Shown: positions 48,786 to 57,509 of the stretch, piece by piece
Numbering within the stretch: the first letter of the stretch is position 1
How the letters are laid out: every line of letters starts with the position of its first letter
IMG/VR virus record: IMGVR_UViG_3300033273_000392
Span: 1-64,000 of that record
Reading direction: 5' to 3' (one strand)
Origin: a virus
Length of the DNA: 64,000 bases
Translations under genes and position numbers: made by a program
The notes under the pieces: generated by a model
The model's database searches: none
The model's input: only the letters and a program-made list of their open reading frames with translations
Told to the model about the DNA's origin: nothing

Positions 48786-49834
48786 AGATCTAGCTGACTT
48801 GTAGTGAAGTAATCATCTAACCGCTTATAAGCATCGAGCTTATTGTTATAGCAGACCTTAATCAAGTCATTTAGATCCTTTATATTGTATTTATCTAGCT
48901 TCATTTCGTCTATGAATTTAGACCACATAAATACAGGTCGACCCTTCTTAAGCTTTTCTGCCATCTTCTTTTTACCTGTCTCGTCGTTATCAAACATGTA
49001 ACGCACCGTCTCCATTTCATCGAACTCATCAGTAGATCTGCCAGCCGTTGCAAGCGCTATAGAATTCTGCATGAACTTGGCATCGAGTGGCCCTTCAAAT
49101 AGGGTAACTGTTCTTTGAAAGTTAACTTGCATAATTCCAAATAGAGTAGATAGCTTGCTTATCTTTAGCTTCTCATCCGGATCGATCTCTAATTCCTTTT
49201 CTAGTTCTTCATAAAGCTTAGGCAGGTCGTATGTGAGATACCTTGATCCTTTGCCTTTCATTCTACGACTTTGTACTGCAAGGATATTACCACTAGGAGT
49301 CCTATTGAGGATCCATAACTTATTATCCCTTTCAGAATATAAGAACTCATCGTACTTAGAATGTAAAAGTCTCTCCTTAAGCTTTAGCCATATCCATTCA
49401 CCAGGCTCTATCTCTCTAGCACCAAATCCATTCTTAAACTCTTGTAATGGAATCGCGAGTTCATCTGCTCTTGTAAATATGGCAGGCCTGACCGTATCGA
49501 CTCGTTTAACCTCACGCTCTTTGCTTTTAATATAGTCGATAACATCAAATGTATCTCCTGTATTTCGCATTCTAACATCAAAGTCCTTAAGCATAAGGTG
49601 GACGTTAGTATGCTTTGAGCAGTTATAGCAATGATACTGCAAAGTGTCCCAGTACAGATTACCTCTTTTCTTAGAGTCATCTGAGTGAGAATCACCACAA
49701 TAAGGACATGCCAGAACCAAACGGCCCGACATGTCCCTTACTTCTTGCTTTCTAGGAGAGTTATGCTCTTGGGCTGTAATCTCCTCTAATGCGATCCGTA
49801 TATTGTGCTTAAGATCGTTAGATATCGAGGTCAT
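48773..49834 (-). CDS. DNA primase (gp61-like)
   Basis: CPYCGDS..CYNC zinc finger; TOPRIM EGPLD and FDND. Confidence 0.93.
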   Translation of the reverse strand: MTSISNDLKHNIRIALEEITAQEHNSPRKQEVRDMSGRLVLACPYCGDSHSDDSKKRGNLYWDTLQYHCYNCSKHTNVHLMLKDFDVRMRNTGDTFDVIDYIKSKEREVKRVDTVRPAIFTRADELAIPLQEFKNGFGAREIEPGEWIWLKLKERLLHSKYDEFLYSERDNKLWILNRTPSGNILAVQSRRMKGKGSRYLTYDLPKLYEELEKELEIDPDEKLKISKLSTLFGIMQVNFQRTVTLFEGPLDAKFMQNSIALATAGRSTDEFDEMETVRYMFDNDETGKKKMAEKLKKGRPVFMWSKFIDEMKLDKYNIKDLNDLIKVCYNNKLDAYKRLDDYFTTSQLDLWYV

Positions 49835-50717
49835 TCAAGAAAGAATCTAGGTCGTCATCAGTGCTAACTGAACTCTCAGCGGCAACTGCCTCTTTAACTT
49901 CCTCTTTCTTGGCCTCAGTCTTAGTCTTAGTAGGAGCGTCGTTGTTAACGACCTCTGCAATAGAGTCTCCTGGATTCAAGTACATGCGAAGAACTGAGTT
50001 AACGAATTCACGAGTTTCCTCGTCCCATACTTGGTAGTCGTAGTTAGAGAGGTCAGGTGCATTATTCAACTCCTCTTTAAGAGATTCCATAGTCTCCTTG
50101 CTACGCTCTGCTGGACTTCCATCCATAATGATAGCTGAGCGAGAGCTAGAGAACTTAGACTTGTCGTAGTTGTTGTAGTCACCCTGGCGGTTAATAATCA
50201 ACTCAAAGTTCTTACCTTCGAACAAGTCAAAAACCTGTGTTGGTTCACCAAAGTCTGGCTTCAACTCTGCATCGATCTTCTCCTTGATCTTGTAACCAAA
50301 CTTAAATACTTTATACTGTCCCTCAAACTCTGGGTTCTGTGGGTCCTTAATCACCTTAATCAAAGCGTAGTATTGTTGGCGACGCTTCAACTTGTCAGAT
50401 GACTTACGGTCAACTGCTGAGTCAGACTTGCGAAGCTTCCAGAATACGTCTGCGATTGGGCAATGCTCACCAATTGTTGATGGTGAATCGACGATCTTAC
50501 CGTCGCCGTTTGAGTTTACCAGCCAGTGAACGTACTTCTGAATAAGAGACTTACGTGGGTTAGCTGGATTTGGAACGAAGCGAATAAGTGCTTTATAAGT
50601 TCCGTCCTTACCGTCGTCTGCGGTAGGCTTGTAGACCTCATTAGCTGAGGTTGTTTGTTGTGGTGCGTGCGTTTCAACGTCTTCTACACCGAGATTGAAA
50701 ATATCAAAATCTGCCAT
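49818..50717 (-). CDS. Single-stranded DNA-binding protein (gp32-like)
   Basis: ALIRFVP, CPI, VIKDP-x-NPE-x-EG..FKFG-x-KI, NYDKSKF, acidic tail DDDLDSFLNDL. Confidence 0.95.
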   Translation of the reverse strand: MADFDIFNLGVEDVETHAPQQTTSANEVYKPTADDGKDGTYKALIRFVPNPANPRKSLIQKYVHWLVNSNGDGKIVDSPSTIGEHCPIADVFWKLRKSDSAVDRKSSDKLKRRQQYYALIKVIKDPQNPEFEGQYKVFKFGYKIKEKIDAELKPDFGEPTQVFDLFEGKNFELIINRQGDYNNYDKSKFSSSRSAIIMDGSPAERSKETMESLKEELNNAPDLSNYDYQVWDEETREFVNSVLRMYLNPGDSIAEVVNNDAPTKTKTEAKKEEVKEAVAAESSVSTDDDLDSFLNDLDI

Positions 50718-50719
50718 AA

Positions 50720-50768
50720 TTAAACCTTTTAATTTGTTAATCCTTAAAAATCCTTTAAGTTACCTTTA
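50720..50768 (-). promoter_or_regulatory. AU-rich repeated leader of the gp32 gene (candidate autogenous operator)
   Basis: Four TTAA(A)(A)GG units between the promoter motif and the ATG. Confidence 0.5.
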
Positions 50769-50791
50769 ATATACTATGATACGTAAAAGTT

Positions 50792-50992
50792 TCAGTTGAA
50801 TGTCAAAATAGATCCATCTTCTTCAATCCACTCGGTCTCACTAAGCTTAAGCAGCCCTGCCTTGTTGAGTATGCGTTCTCTTTCCTCTTCGGAAATGCAT
50901 TTTAACTCTACCATTTTGGTGAGTACCCTGTTTAAGTGGATAAAGTCAGCTGTGACTATTTCCATACATTTATCTGTAAAATTCACGTTCAC
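50792..50992 (-). CDS. Small hypothetical protein
   Basis: Late motif at 50996-51004; the start is probably the ATG at 50965. Confidence 0.55.
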   Translation of the reverse strand: MNVNFTDKCMEIVTADFIHLNRVLTKMVELKCISEEERERILNKAGLLKLSETEWIEEDGSILTFN

Positions 50993-51101
50993 AATTTATA
51001 TATCTACATTGCTATTTTGTTTATATGAAAAAAGTTCATCGATTCTGAAACAAAATCTTTGAACTAGCATACAACAATTGTCTTTAAGTCTGAGAGACAG
51101 A

Positions 51102-51767
51102 TTAGGTGGCCTGGTTTCTACTGGCTATAAGGCTTACGAGGAAGTAAGCGTCGATAAGGTCATCAAGGGGCTTCGGAATCTTTTTCCCCCTTGGGTCAAT
51201 CTCAGCCTCCGAGCAATGATGAAATAATTCCCCTTTAAGCAAAGGAAGATCTCCATTAACATTATTAAGGAAAGCCAAGCAGAGATCTTGTTTACTCATA
51301 TTACCTTTACCTGCATGTTTCTTAATTGTAGTAGGTGCGATAGTCTCGATATATTCTGGCTTCATAGTATTAAGCATCTTAAGTTTTAGAACTGCAGCAC
51401 CAGCCGCCATATCAATAATGTTATTTGTACCCATCTTAGATCCGTATGAGGATCCTTCAAATGCTATATGATAACCATCGTTTTCGTATGAGTGTTGGTG
51501 TATAATGTTAATTATATCACTAGCCATCTTATCATATCTTTTAATCTTGGCTAACTCTTGGCTAGAGTACTCGTTATCTTGTGTAAAATCCGGTTGATAG
51601 ACGACGGTAACGTCTTTAAGTTGTGATATCTCCTCTTGGAATCTTTGCTCAGCTTTAGTGCCAGTCTTTGGCTTAATATACGATATGAAATGATACTTTT
51701 TGCCCTTGTCATTGTAGATACAAATGCCAGGTGAGTTAAGCGAAAAGTCTATAGCTACGTAATTCAA
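51102..51767 (-). CDS. RuvC-like Holliday junction resolvase
   Basis: AIDFSL, FEG, PTTIKK..GKGN..K, DDLIDA. Confidence 0.85.
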   Translation of the reverse strand: MNYVAIDFSLNSPGICIYNDKGKKYHFISYIKPKTGTKAEQRFQEEISQLKDVTVVYQPDFTQDNEYSSQELAKIKRYDKMASDIINIIHQHSYENDGYHIAFEGSSYGSKMGTNNIIDMAAGAAVLKLKMLNTMKPEYIETIAPTTIKKHAGKGNMSKQDLCLAFLNNVNGDLPLLKGELFHHCSEAEIDPRGKKIPKPLDDLIDAYFLVSLIASRNQAT

Positions 51768-51768
51768 A

Positions 51769-52137
51769 TCAGAACTTTTTACCGATAGCAGCTCCTAGTG
51801 CAGCGCCAACGAGTCTAGAAGTTAAAAGATCGTAAAAGATACCCTTCTCAATACCTAGGACTCTTGCAATAATCTTACCGACAGACTTACCTAATGCAAA
51901 GCCAGTTAGTCCACCTAAGATACTTCCCAATAGGCCTTCATTTGTGATTTCAGAGTTAAAGCGATCCAGATCGTATGAACCATCCTCCAGCTTATACTCG
52001 CTCACGAATTCATCGATAGCCATATCTACTTTCTCTTCGAGCTCGTCAGACCACTCGGACTCTAAGCCCTCAACGATAATAGCCATATCATAATCTGATA
52101 TGTTCTGTTCTTCTAGGTATTCAAAAAAAGTTTTCAT
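51769..52137 (-). CDS. Putative internal head protein with glycine-zipper membrane domain
   Basis: MKTFFEYLEE start; GLLGSILGGLTGFALG and LVGAALGAAIG. Confidence 0.6.
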   Translation of the reverse strand: MKTFFEYLEEQNISDYDMAIIVEGLESEWSDELEEKVDMAIDEFVSEYKLEDGSYDLDRFNSEITNEGLLGSILGGLTGFALGKSVGKIIARVLGIEKGIFYDLLTSRLVGAALGAAIGKKF

Positions 52138-52147
52138 AGCATATATA

Positions 52148-52699
52148 TCAATCTATTTCTAGTTTAAGATTAAACTTGTTGTAGTAGAAGTTAACCTCAA
52201 ACGTACTGAAGTCGGCAACATTCTCAGAGAAGTTTAGGTTCAGCTCATTTATTGAGTTCATGATAGGCTTCTCAAATGCAACGGAGGCCATACCAATTCC
52301 ATCGGCATCCATAATTCTAAGTACTAGATCTTCTGTAAAAGGCTGCTTTGTGGTTCTCGCATAATAGTAAAGCAAAGTATCGAGCATTATCCAGTAGTTT
52401 ACATATCCATCTAACAACTGAAACGTTAAAGTAAACTGACGTTCAACTGTATTCTGTATAGGAATAGCTCCTCTATGGTACCTAGTTGTCCCATCATTAT
52501 CAGCTTGGGTAACTGGATCAAAAGAAAGACCAGGTAGATTAATACCCTGGATAGAATAGTTAACGTAATCTATTGGATCCTGCATAAGAGTGCCAGGAAT
52601 CCTGTTAAGATACTTAACGTATTTTTGAGATACCTCTTCCGGAATGAAGTTCCTAGGAAGCTTAAATGAAAATAAGTTATTTCTAGAGTTTAGAATCAT
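52148..52699 (-). CDS. Tail tube-fold protein (gp3/gp19-like)
   Basis: N-x-F-x-F-x-LP..QGINLPGLS..F-x-V-x-F-x-Y pattern. Confidence 0.55.
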   Translation of the reverse strand: MILNSRNNLFSFKLPRNFIPEEVSQKYVKYLNRIPGTLMQDPIDYVNYSIQGINLPGLSFDPVTQADNDGTTRYHRGAIPIQNTVERQFTLTFQLLDGYVNYWIMLDTLLYYYARTTKQPFTEDLVLRIMDADGIGMASVAFEKPIMNSINELNLNFSENVADFSTFEVNFYYNKFNLKLEID

Positions 52700-54777
52700 T
52701 ACTCAATAGTGAAATTTCCGTATGTAATTACAGTGTTATCCGATCCGCTTTTAGAAGTTATGTAGAACTGCTTATTAGCCATACCTCTAATAGCACTAGC
52801 ATTAGCTTCATCTATTCTAAATAGAACCTCACCTTTACTAGGATCTATATCCCTGTTAGCCTGGTTATTAAATATCCTCTTGTTCTGTCCGTCACCAAAT
52901 GTTAAGACTATGTTATCAGCGCCTATCAAAGACACGTCAATAAGGTCATCGTTTTCCTGCTTAGCTATCTTAAACTTATAGTAAGCTGTAAACGGTGGAA
53001 CATATATGTCAACCTCTCCGTTCTTTTTAAACTCAGGATTTTCTAAGTCAGTTATCTCACTAGGAAGTTCATCAGCGTTTGAACTAGAGCCGACATTTAC
53101 AGATATAGCACCTGTTACGATATTATTAGCTTCTACAAATGTAGGAACATATCTAGTACTTGCAGGTAAAGAATTCTCTATAAGACCTCTTACCGATCTA
53201 TTAGCTGAAAGATTAGGTAGAGTATTAAAAACTTCTGTTAGCTTATTAGTAGAAGATATGTTTAGTCTTCTCATTTCTTTAGCATACTTAGCAGGTATAT
53301 CATATGTTAAGCTAGCGGTTTTTACGATTGAAGTATTATCAGTCTCATTTACGATACGCATAGTTACGTCTATCGAGAAACTAACGGCTACATTTCCATT
53401 AATGACAACTGGTCTATAAGTTATAGGACGATTAAAATCTTGAACTTGTGTAAACGTCATATCATATGTCTTTATGAAAGATGTTCCAATCTGTTCATAC
53501 ATCTCAACATCATACATGATGACTATATCATCACTTGAAGTGTTTATTCTATTAAAGACATATTCTTCTAATGCGTCTATACTTCCACTTCTTTCTCCAT
53601 ATATCTTAAAGTAATCTCCATCCTCGGCTTCTTCTACTACAACACTAAAATCAGAAAACTCATCTTCTTTACTTATAGTAAACGTATTTTCTTCAGTTGC
53701 GTAGAAGTAATCAAAGCCCCCTATGTTTTCTAATCTGTCAATAAGCTTAAAAGAAACTTCATAGTTAGAGCTTGGATCTAGATTTGAAGTTCCAGGCTGA
53801 CCTAAGTTACCATAAAAGTTATTGTCAAACTGTGGGTTCTGTGAAACAAGGGTAGGTATCTTTACTTCGACAAATTTAGTGAATAGAGTTTCACCTATTA
53901 CAAAGGGTTTTGGATTAGACCATTCGTAATTTGATTGATTTAGATAAACTAACTGTGTAAGAAAGTTTTTAACTCCGTTGTCTCTAGATGTTTTTACTTC
54001 AAACAGAAACCCTTCGTAATTTCTATTCGCAAATGAGTAACCACTTCTAAAGTGAAGCCTAACTTCATCATATCTTATGTAGTTAATAGTGCTCGTTAAA
54101 AGAGACTGAGATGCATTTAACTGCGCCTCATTTGTTCCAGACCAACCAGGATAATTATCAATATAGTTAAAAGGTTGATCGTATATTCCGGTGGAATCAT
54201 AACCTATTAGGGCATATTTTACTGGATCGTCCTCGTGCTTTACTGCATGGAACCTTCCTAAAATTTGATTTATATCGTTACCTGCATCCTCATCTGGTTT
54301 AGAGAATATAGGATTAGTCTTATTAGCTATGACTATTTTTCCGCCGATAAGACCTTCATATGAGTAATCCACTGTACCAGTAACTGTAGGAATAAACGTA
54401 CCTATTCCACCTGTGCTTAAAGAATAAGTACCTGCGTTACCATCAATTGTAAATAAGCTAGGAATAGGTAAAGCATTAAGGTTAAACTTGTAGGTTTTAC
54501 CTGCCTCAAGAAGTAGAGTTCTTCCAGCAAAGTTTTCAACTGACAAATAAGCTCCTGAAATAGTGACATCAAAATTAACGACAGCACTTCCAAGTTCACC
54601 TATTAAGTGTATCTCTCGGTCAGTATAGGCATCCCCTGGATTTACCGTAAGAAATTTAACCTCATAACCATTATCATCAACATCAATATCATGTTGTGTT
54701 GGATTACTTTGGTCATGATAAATGAACTCTAAGAGAACATCTTCATCTATTCTAAAATACCTAGAAGACTTTGCCAT
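52699..54777 (-). CDS. Hypothetical virion structural protein
   Basis: 692 aa beta-rich protein in the tail gene cluster. Confidence 0.6.
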   Translation of the reverse strand: MAKSSRYFRIDEDVLLEFIYHDQSNPTQHDIDVDDNGYEVKFLTVNPGDAYTDREIHLIGELGSAVVNFDVTISGAYLSVENFAGRTLLLEAGKTYKFNLNALPIPSLFTIDGNAGTYSLSTGGIGTFIPTVTGTVDYSYEGLIGGKIVIANKTNPIFSKPDEDAGNDINQILGRFHAVKHEDDPVKYALIGYDSTGIYDQPFNYIDNYPGWSGTNEAQLNASQSLLTSTINYIRYDEVRLHFRSGYSFANRNYEGFLFEVKTSRDNGVKNFLTQLVYLNQSNYEWSNPKPFVIGETLFTKFVEVKIPTLVSQNPQFDNNFYGNLGQPGTSNLDPSSNYEVSFKLIDRLENIGGFDYFYATEENTFTISKEDEFSDFSVVVEEAEDGDYFKIYGERSGSIDALEEYVFNRINTSSDDIVIMYDVEMYEQIGTSFIKTYDMTFTQVQDFNRPITYRPVVINGNVAVSFSIDVTMRIVNETDNTSIVKTASLTYDIPAKYAKEMRRLNISSTNKLTEVFNTLPNLSANRSVRGLIENSLPASTRYVPTFVEANNIVTGAISVNVGSSSNADELPSEITDLENPEFKKNGEVDIYVPPFTAYYKFKIAKQENDDLIDVSLIGADNIVLTFGDGQNKRIFNNQANRDIDPSKGEVLFRIDEANASAIRGMANKQFYITSKSGSDNTVITYGNFTIE

Positions 54778-54792
54778 TTCTTAATCTTATTA

Positions 54793-55590
54793 TTAGAACC
54801 TTAGCCATTTTGGAGACCAGAATAAACCAACTCCCATAGATGGGCCGTAGCTTATAACCTGGTTGTTATTAAGATTCACCCCGTAAGTGACTCCTAATCC
54901 AATAGACCAACCTGCTCTTTTTTCAATTTTTTTGTTTAACTCTCTATTGACTAAACTTATGTTTTCAATCTTATCGATCTTAACTCCAGGATATGAAGTA
55001 GCAACCTCTAAGTATTTAACGCCATTATTTTCTTTGATAGCCGCCAATAAACTAATTCTACTTAGAGAAACAATCTCTATAGGAGAAGACTCTATCTTAC
55101 CGTCTTTAATAGAAACCGAAAGTTTACCAGATATGGACCTCATATTGCCATCACCGTAATCATTTTCTTGTTCAAAAGTTAATTCACTATCGTCAATGTT
55201 TACAGGTAAAACGCTTGTATTTGCTATGATATCGTCTCTTATTTCTATTTCAGCAGTAAGTAGATTATTAACGTTCTTTAATTTTTTGTTTTCAGACAAA
55301 ACAAAATTATACTTAGAAACTAGCTGTCGGTTATCTTTAGTTAGATTGGTTATGTCAAACTCATAACTTCTAACTTTAGAAATTAAGACACCGTTATCGT
55401 TTCTAAGAGTTTCCATAGTTTGATTTGCCGCTATATAGTTAGAAAGATTTCTATCTGACTCAGCTTGCTGTATCCTTAGTTCCTCTTTAAACTTTGAGGT
55501 ACGGTTGCATTGTTGCAAGAATAGCATAAGAGATATTATCATTCCTGCAAAGATCCAACCTGATAAAGATATGTTTTGTTTTTGAGCCAT
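54793..55590 (-). CDS. Membrane-anchored coiled-coil protein with C-terminal beta hairpin (spanin-like candidate)
   Basis: N-terminal TM/signal ending QQC, coiled coil, C-terminal WSIGLGVTYG..GVGLFW..F. Confidence 0.45.
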   Translation of the reverse strand: MAQKQNISLSGWIFAGMIISLMLFLQQCNRTSKFKEELRIQQAESDRNLSNYIAANQTMETLRNDNGVLISKVRSYEFDITNLTKDNRQLVSKYNFVLSENKKLKNVNNLLTAEIEIRDDIIANTSVLPVNIDDSELTFEQENDYGDGNMRSISGKLSVSIKDGKIESSPIEIVSLSRISLLAAIKENNGVKYLEVATSYPGVKIDKIENISLVNRELNKKIEKRAGWSIGLGVTYGVNLNNNQVISYGPSMGVGLFWSPKWLRF

Positions 55591-55618
55591 ATTTAACTAT
55601 TAGGGTTTGATCGTAATT

Positions 55619-57508
55619 TTATCCAGGACCTGAACCAGTACTACTGCCAACTGTTCCCGTGCTGTATACAGATCTATTAGTATACGCATTTGTGTCTGTA
55701 AAGTAAGTGAAATTCATTTGCATTGCCTGCGGTCTACCTGGAAGCTCACCTACAATTTCAAATAGTGGACTTTGAAGTTGTCCTATAGTCACAAACTCTT
55801 CAGGAACTCCTGAGATGCCCCCAAGTGCTTTTCTTGCAAGAAATCTTATATATGACTCTGTAGGATTCCATGATCCAGTAAATCCAACATACGATTGACC
55901 TGATAAAGGCTGGACTCCCATATCATAAATACGTATTTCAAATGAAACTACATTTTCAGTTGGAAATACATCTGTTAAACCAGGTAATTTAAATTCAAAT
56001 AAATCACTACTTGATGCAGCCCAAGTTGCATCGTTTCCTGTAACAGTACCAGTATTAAAGCCCTGAGTCCTAGTAGAAAAAATTATTGTAGCATGTGCAT
56101 GTACAATATTACCTATTTTAGTATATTGTATTCTACTATCAGTTCCTACCGTTGAAACAATATTAGTTGGATTAAGATTACTACTATCTCTTCCCCTAAA
56201 CACGCCATTAGTTATAATACAATTTTCTTTTGTATAACCATGGTTCCCGTAAAATTCAGTACTATTTCCAGTTGCATTAACTCCTGGAACATAAGAACTA
56301 GTTGCAAGATCTTGTTCAAAAAATCCAGGTGGTCTTTCAAAATAGTCACTAAGCGTTCTTCGCTGAAGTGAAGAACCTGCATTAGGTGCTGCAAGAACAA
56401 AATTACTTTCTTCATTTCCTACTGAAAATGATATTCCCTTATTTTTATTAAAGTGAACATTTTCCTGGCTAAATACATTATAGTTTGTAATAATAGGCTT
56501 TCTAAAGTCACCATTTCCTATGTCTTGTGTAGTACCGCCTAGTCTCATAGCAACATCATCTTTAGTGACTAGATCAATGGTGTCGTTATCATTAGTTAAT
56601 GAAATATCAACCCTAGTATCTTTATCAGCGTCCGTAAGCTCTCTTAAAGGTAACCATATAGAACCGGACGAAGTACCTTCAAAATATGCTTCTAACTTAT
56701 TAGTGCTCGTATTGTATCTAATAACACCGCCTTCAAGTTCGTTTGTGGCAATATCGTTTCTTTGTGAAGTAGTACCGCTTGAAACTTTAGTGAATCCATT
56801 TCCGGTTACAATAAGGTCTCCTGTAACGAATACTCTATCGTTAAACGTAGAAATTGTTCCTTGACTTACATTAAATCCAGAAACAGCGCTTAACTCAACT
56901 GTGTTACTAGAGCTTATTGAAAGTATTCCCAACAAACCATTTCCAGTAGTGTTAATAGAAACGTCATCAAACGCAATATCTAACTTTACTGGATTTGAAC
57001 CAGAAATTCCAAATCCCTTTTTAATAGAAAAGACATCTAATACTGTACCACCTGAATTAAAAAACTCACCCTTAATAGTCAAGCTATTATATAATCCCTT
57101 AAGCTCTAAATGATTATTGTAGATTTGTGGTCTATCTATAACAAGAACTGAATCTGTTGAAGTATTACCTAAACTAGACGCACTTTGTGTAGAATCCCCA
57201 AGGTATACACTATTCTGGTTATTTGTATTAAAAATCGGCTTTAAAATGTTTGCGTCTAGCGTAGTACCGGGGACACTTAACCAGTAAGTAAAACCGTCAG
57301 CCCCGTTTTCACCAGCAACACCAGTAGGGCCTATTTCACCTTTTTGCCCCTTTTCTCCTTCAGGGCCTATTGGACCAAAATCACCCTTCAATCCTTTAGG
57401 TCCAAGCTGACCACCCACACCGAGCATTTGGTCAAAGTTATAGTTAATCTTTTCTATTCTAATCTGATTAGTATCATAGATGAAAAGTTCCTTTAAGTTG
57501 ATAGGCAT
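55619..57508 (-). CDS. Collagen-repeat tail fibre protein
   Basis: KINYNF followed by about 13 G-X-Y triplets; DADKDT..DND-x-I motif; YTKIGNIVH fibre-tip motif. Confidence 0.75.
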   Translation of the reverse strand: MPINLKELFIYDTNQIRIEKINYNFDQMLGVGGQLGPKGLKGDFGPIGPEGEKGQKGEIGPTGVAGENGADGFTYWLSVPGTTLDANILKPIFNTNNQNSVYLGDSTQSASSLGNTSTDSVLVIDRPQIYNNHLELKGLYNSLTIKGEFFNSGGTVLDVFSIKKGFGISGSNPVKLDIAFDDVSINTTGNGLLGILSISSSNTVELSAVSGFNVSQGTISTFNDRVFVTGDLIVTGNGFTKVSSGTTSQRNDIATNELEGGVIRYNTSTNKLEAYFEGTSSGSIWLPLRELTDADKDTRVDISLTNDNDTIDLVTKDDVAMRLGGTTQDIGNGDFRKPIITNYNVFSQENVHFNKNKGISFSVGNEESNFVLAAPNAGSSLQRRTLSDYFERPPGFFEQDLATSSYVPGVNATGNSTEFYGNHGYTKENCIITNGVFRGRDSSNLNPTNIVSTVGTDSRIQYTKIGNIVHAHATIIFSTRTQGFNTGTVTGNDATWAASSSDLFEFKLPGLTDVFPTENVVSFEIRIYDMGVQPLSGQSYVGFTGSWNPTESYIRFLARKALGGISGVPEEFVTIGQLQSPLFEIVGELPGRPQAMQMNFTYFTDTNAYTNRSVYSTGTVGSSTGSGPG

Positions 57509-57509
57509 G

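Noticed and set aside
51005-51101. Possible extra promoters or origin (tgaaac-N15-gcataca on plus; catataa on minus)
   Set aside because: Poor match to the consensus, no plus-strand ORF follows, and no iterons are visible.
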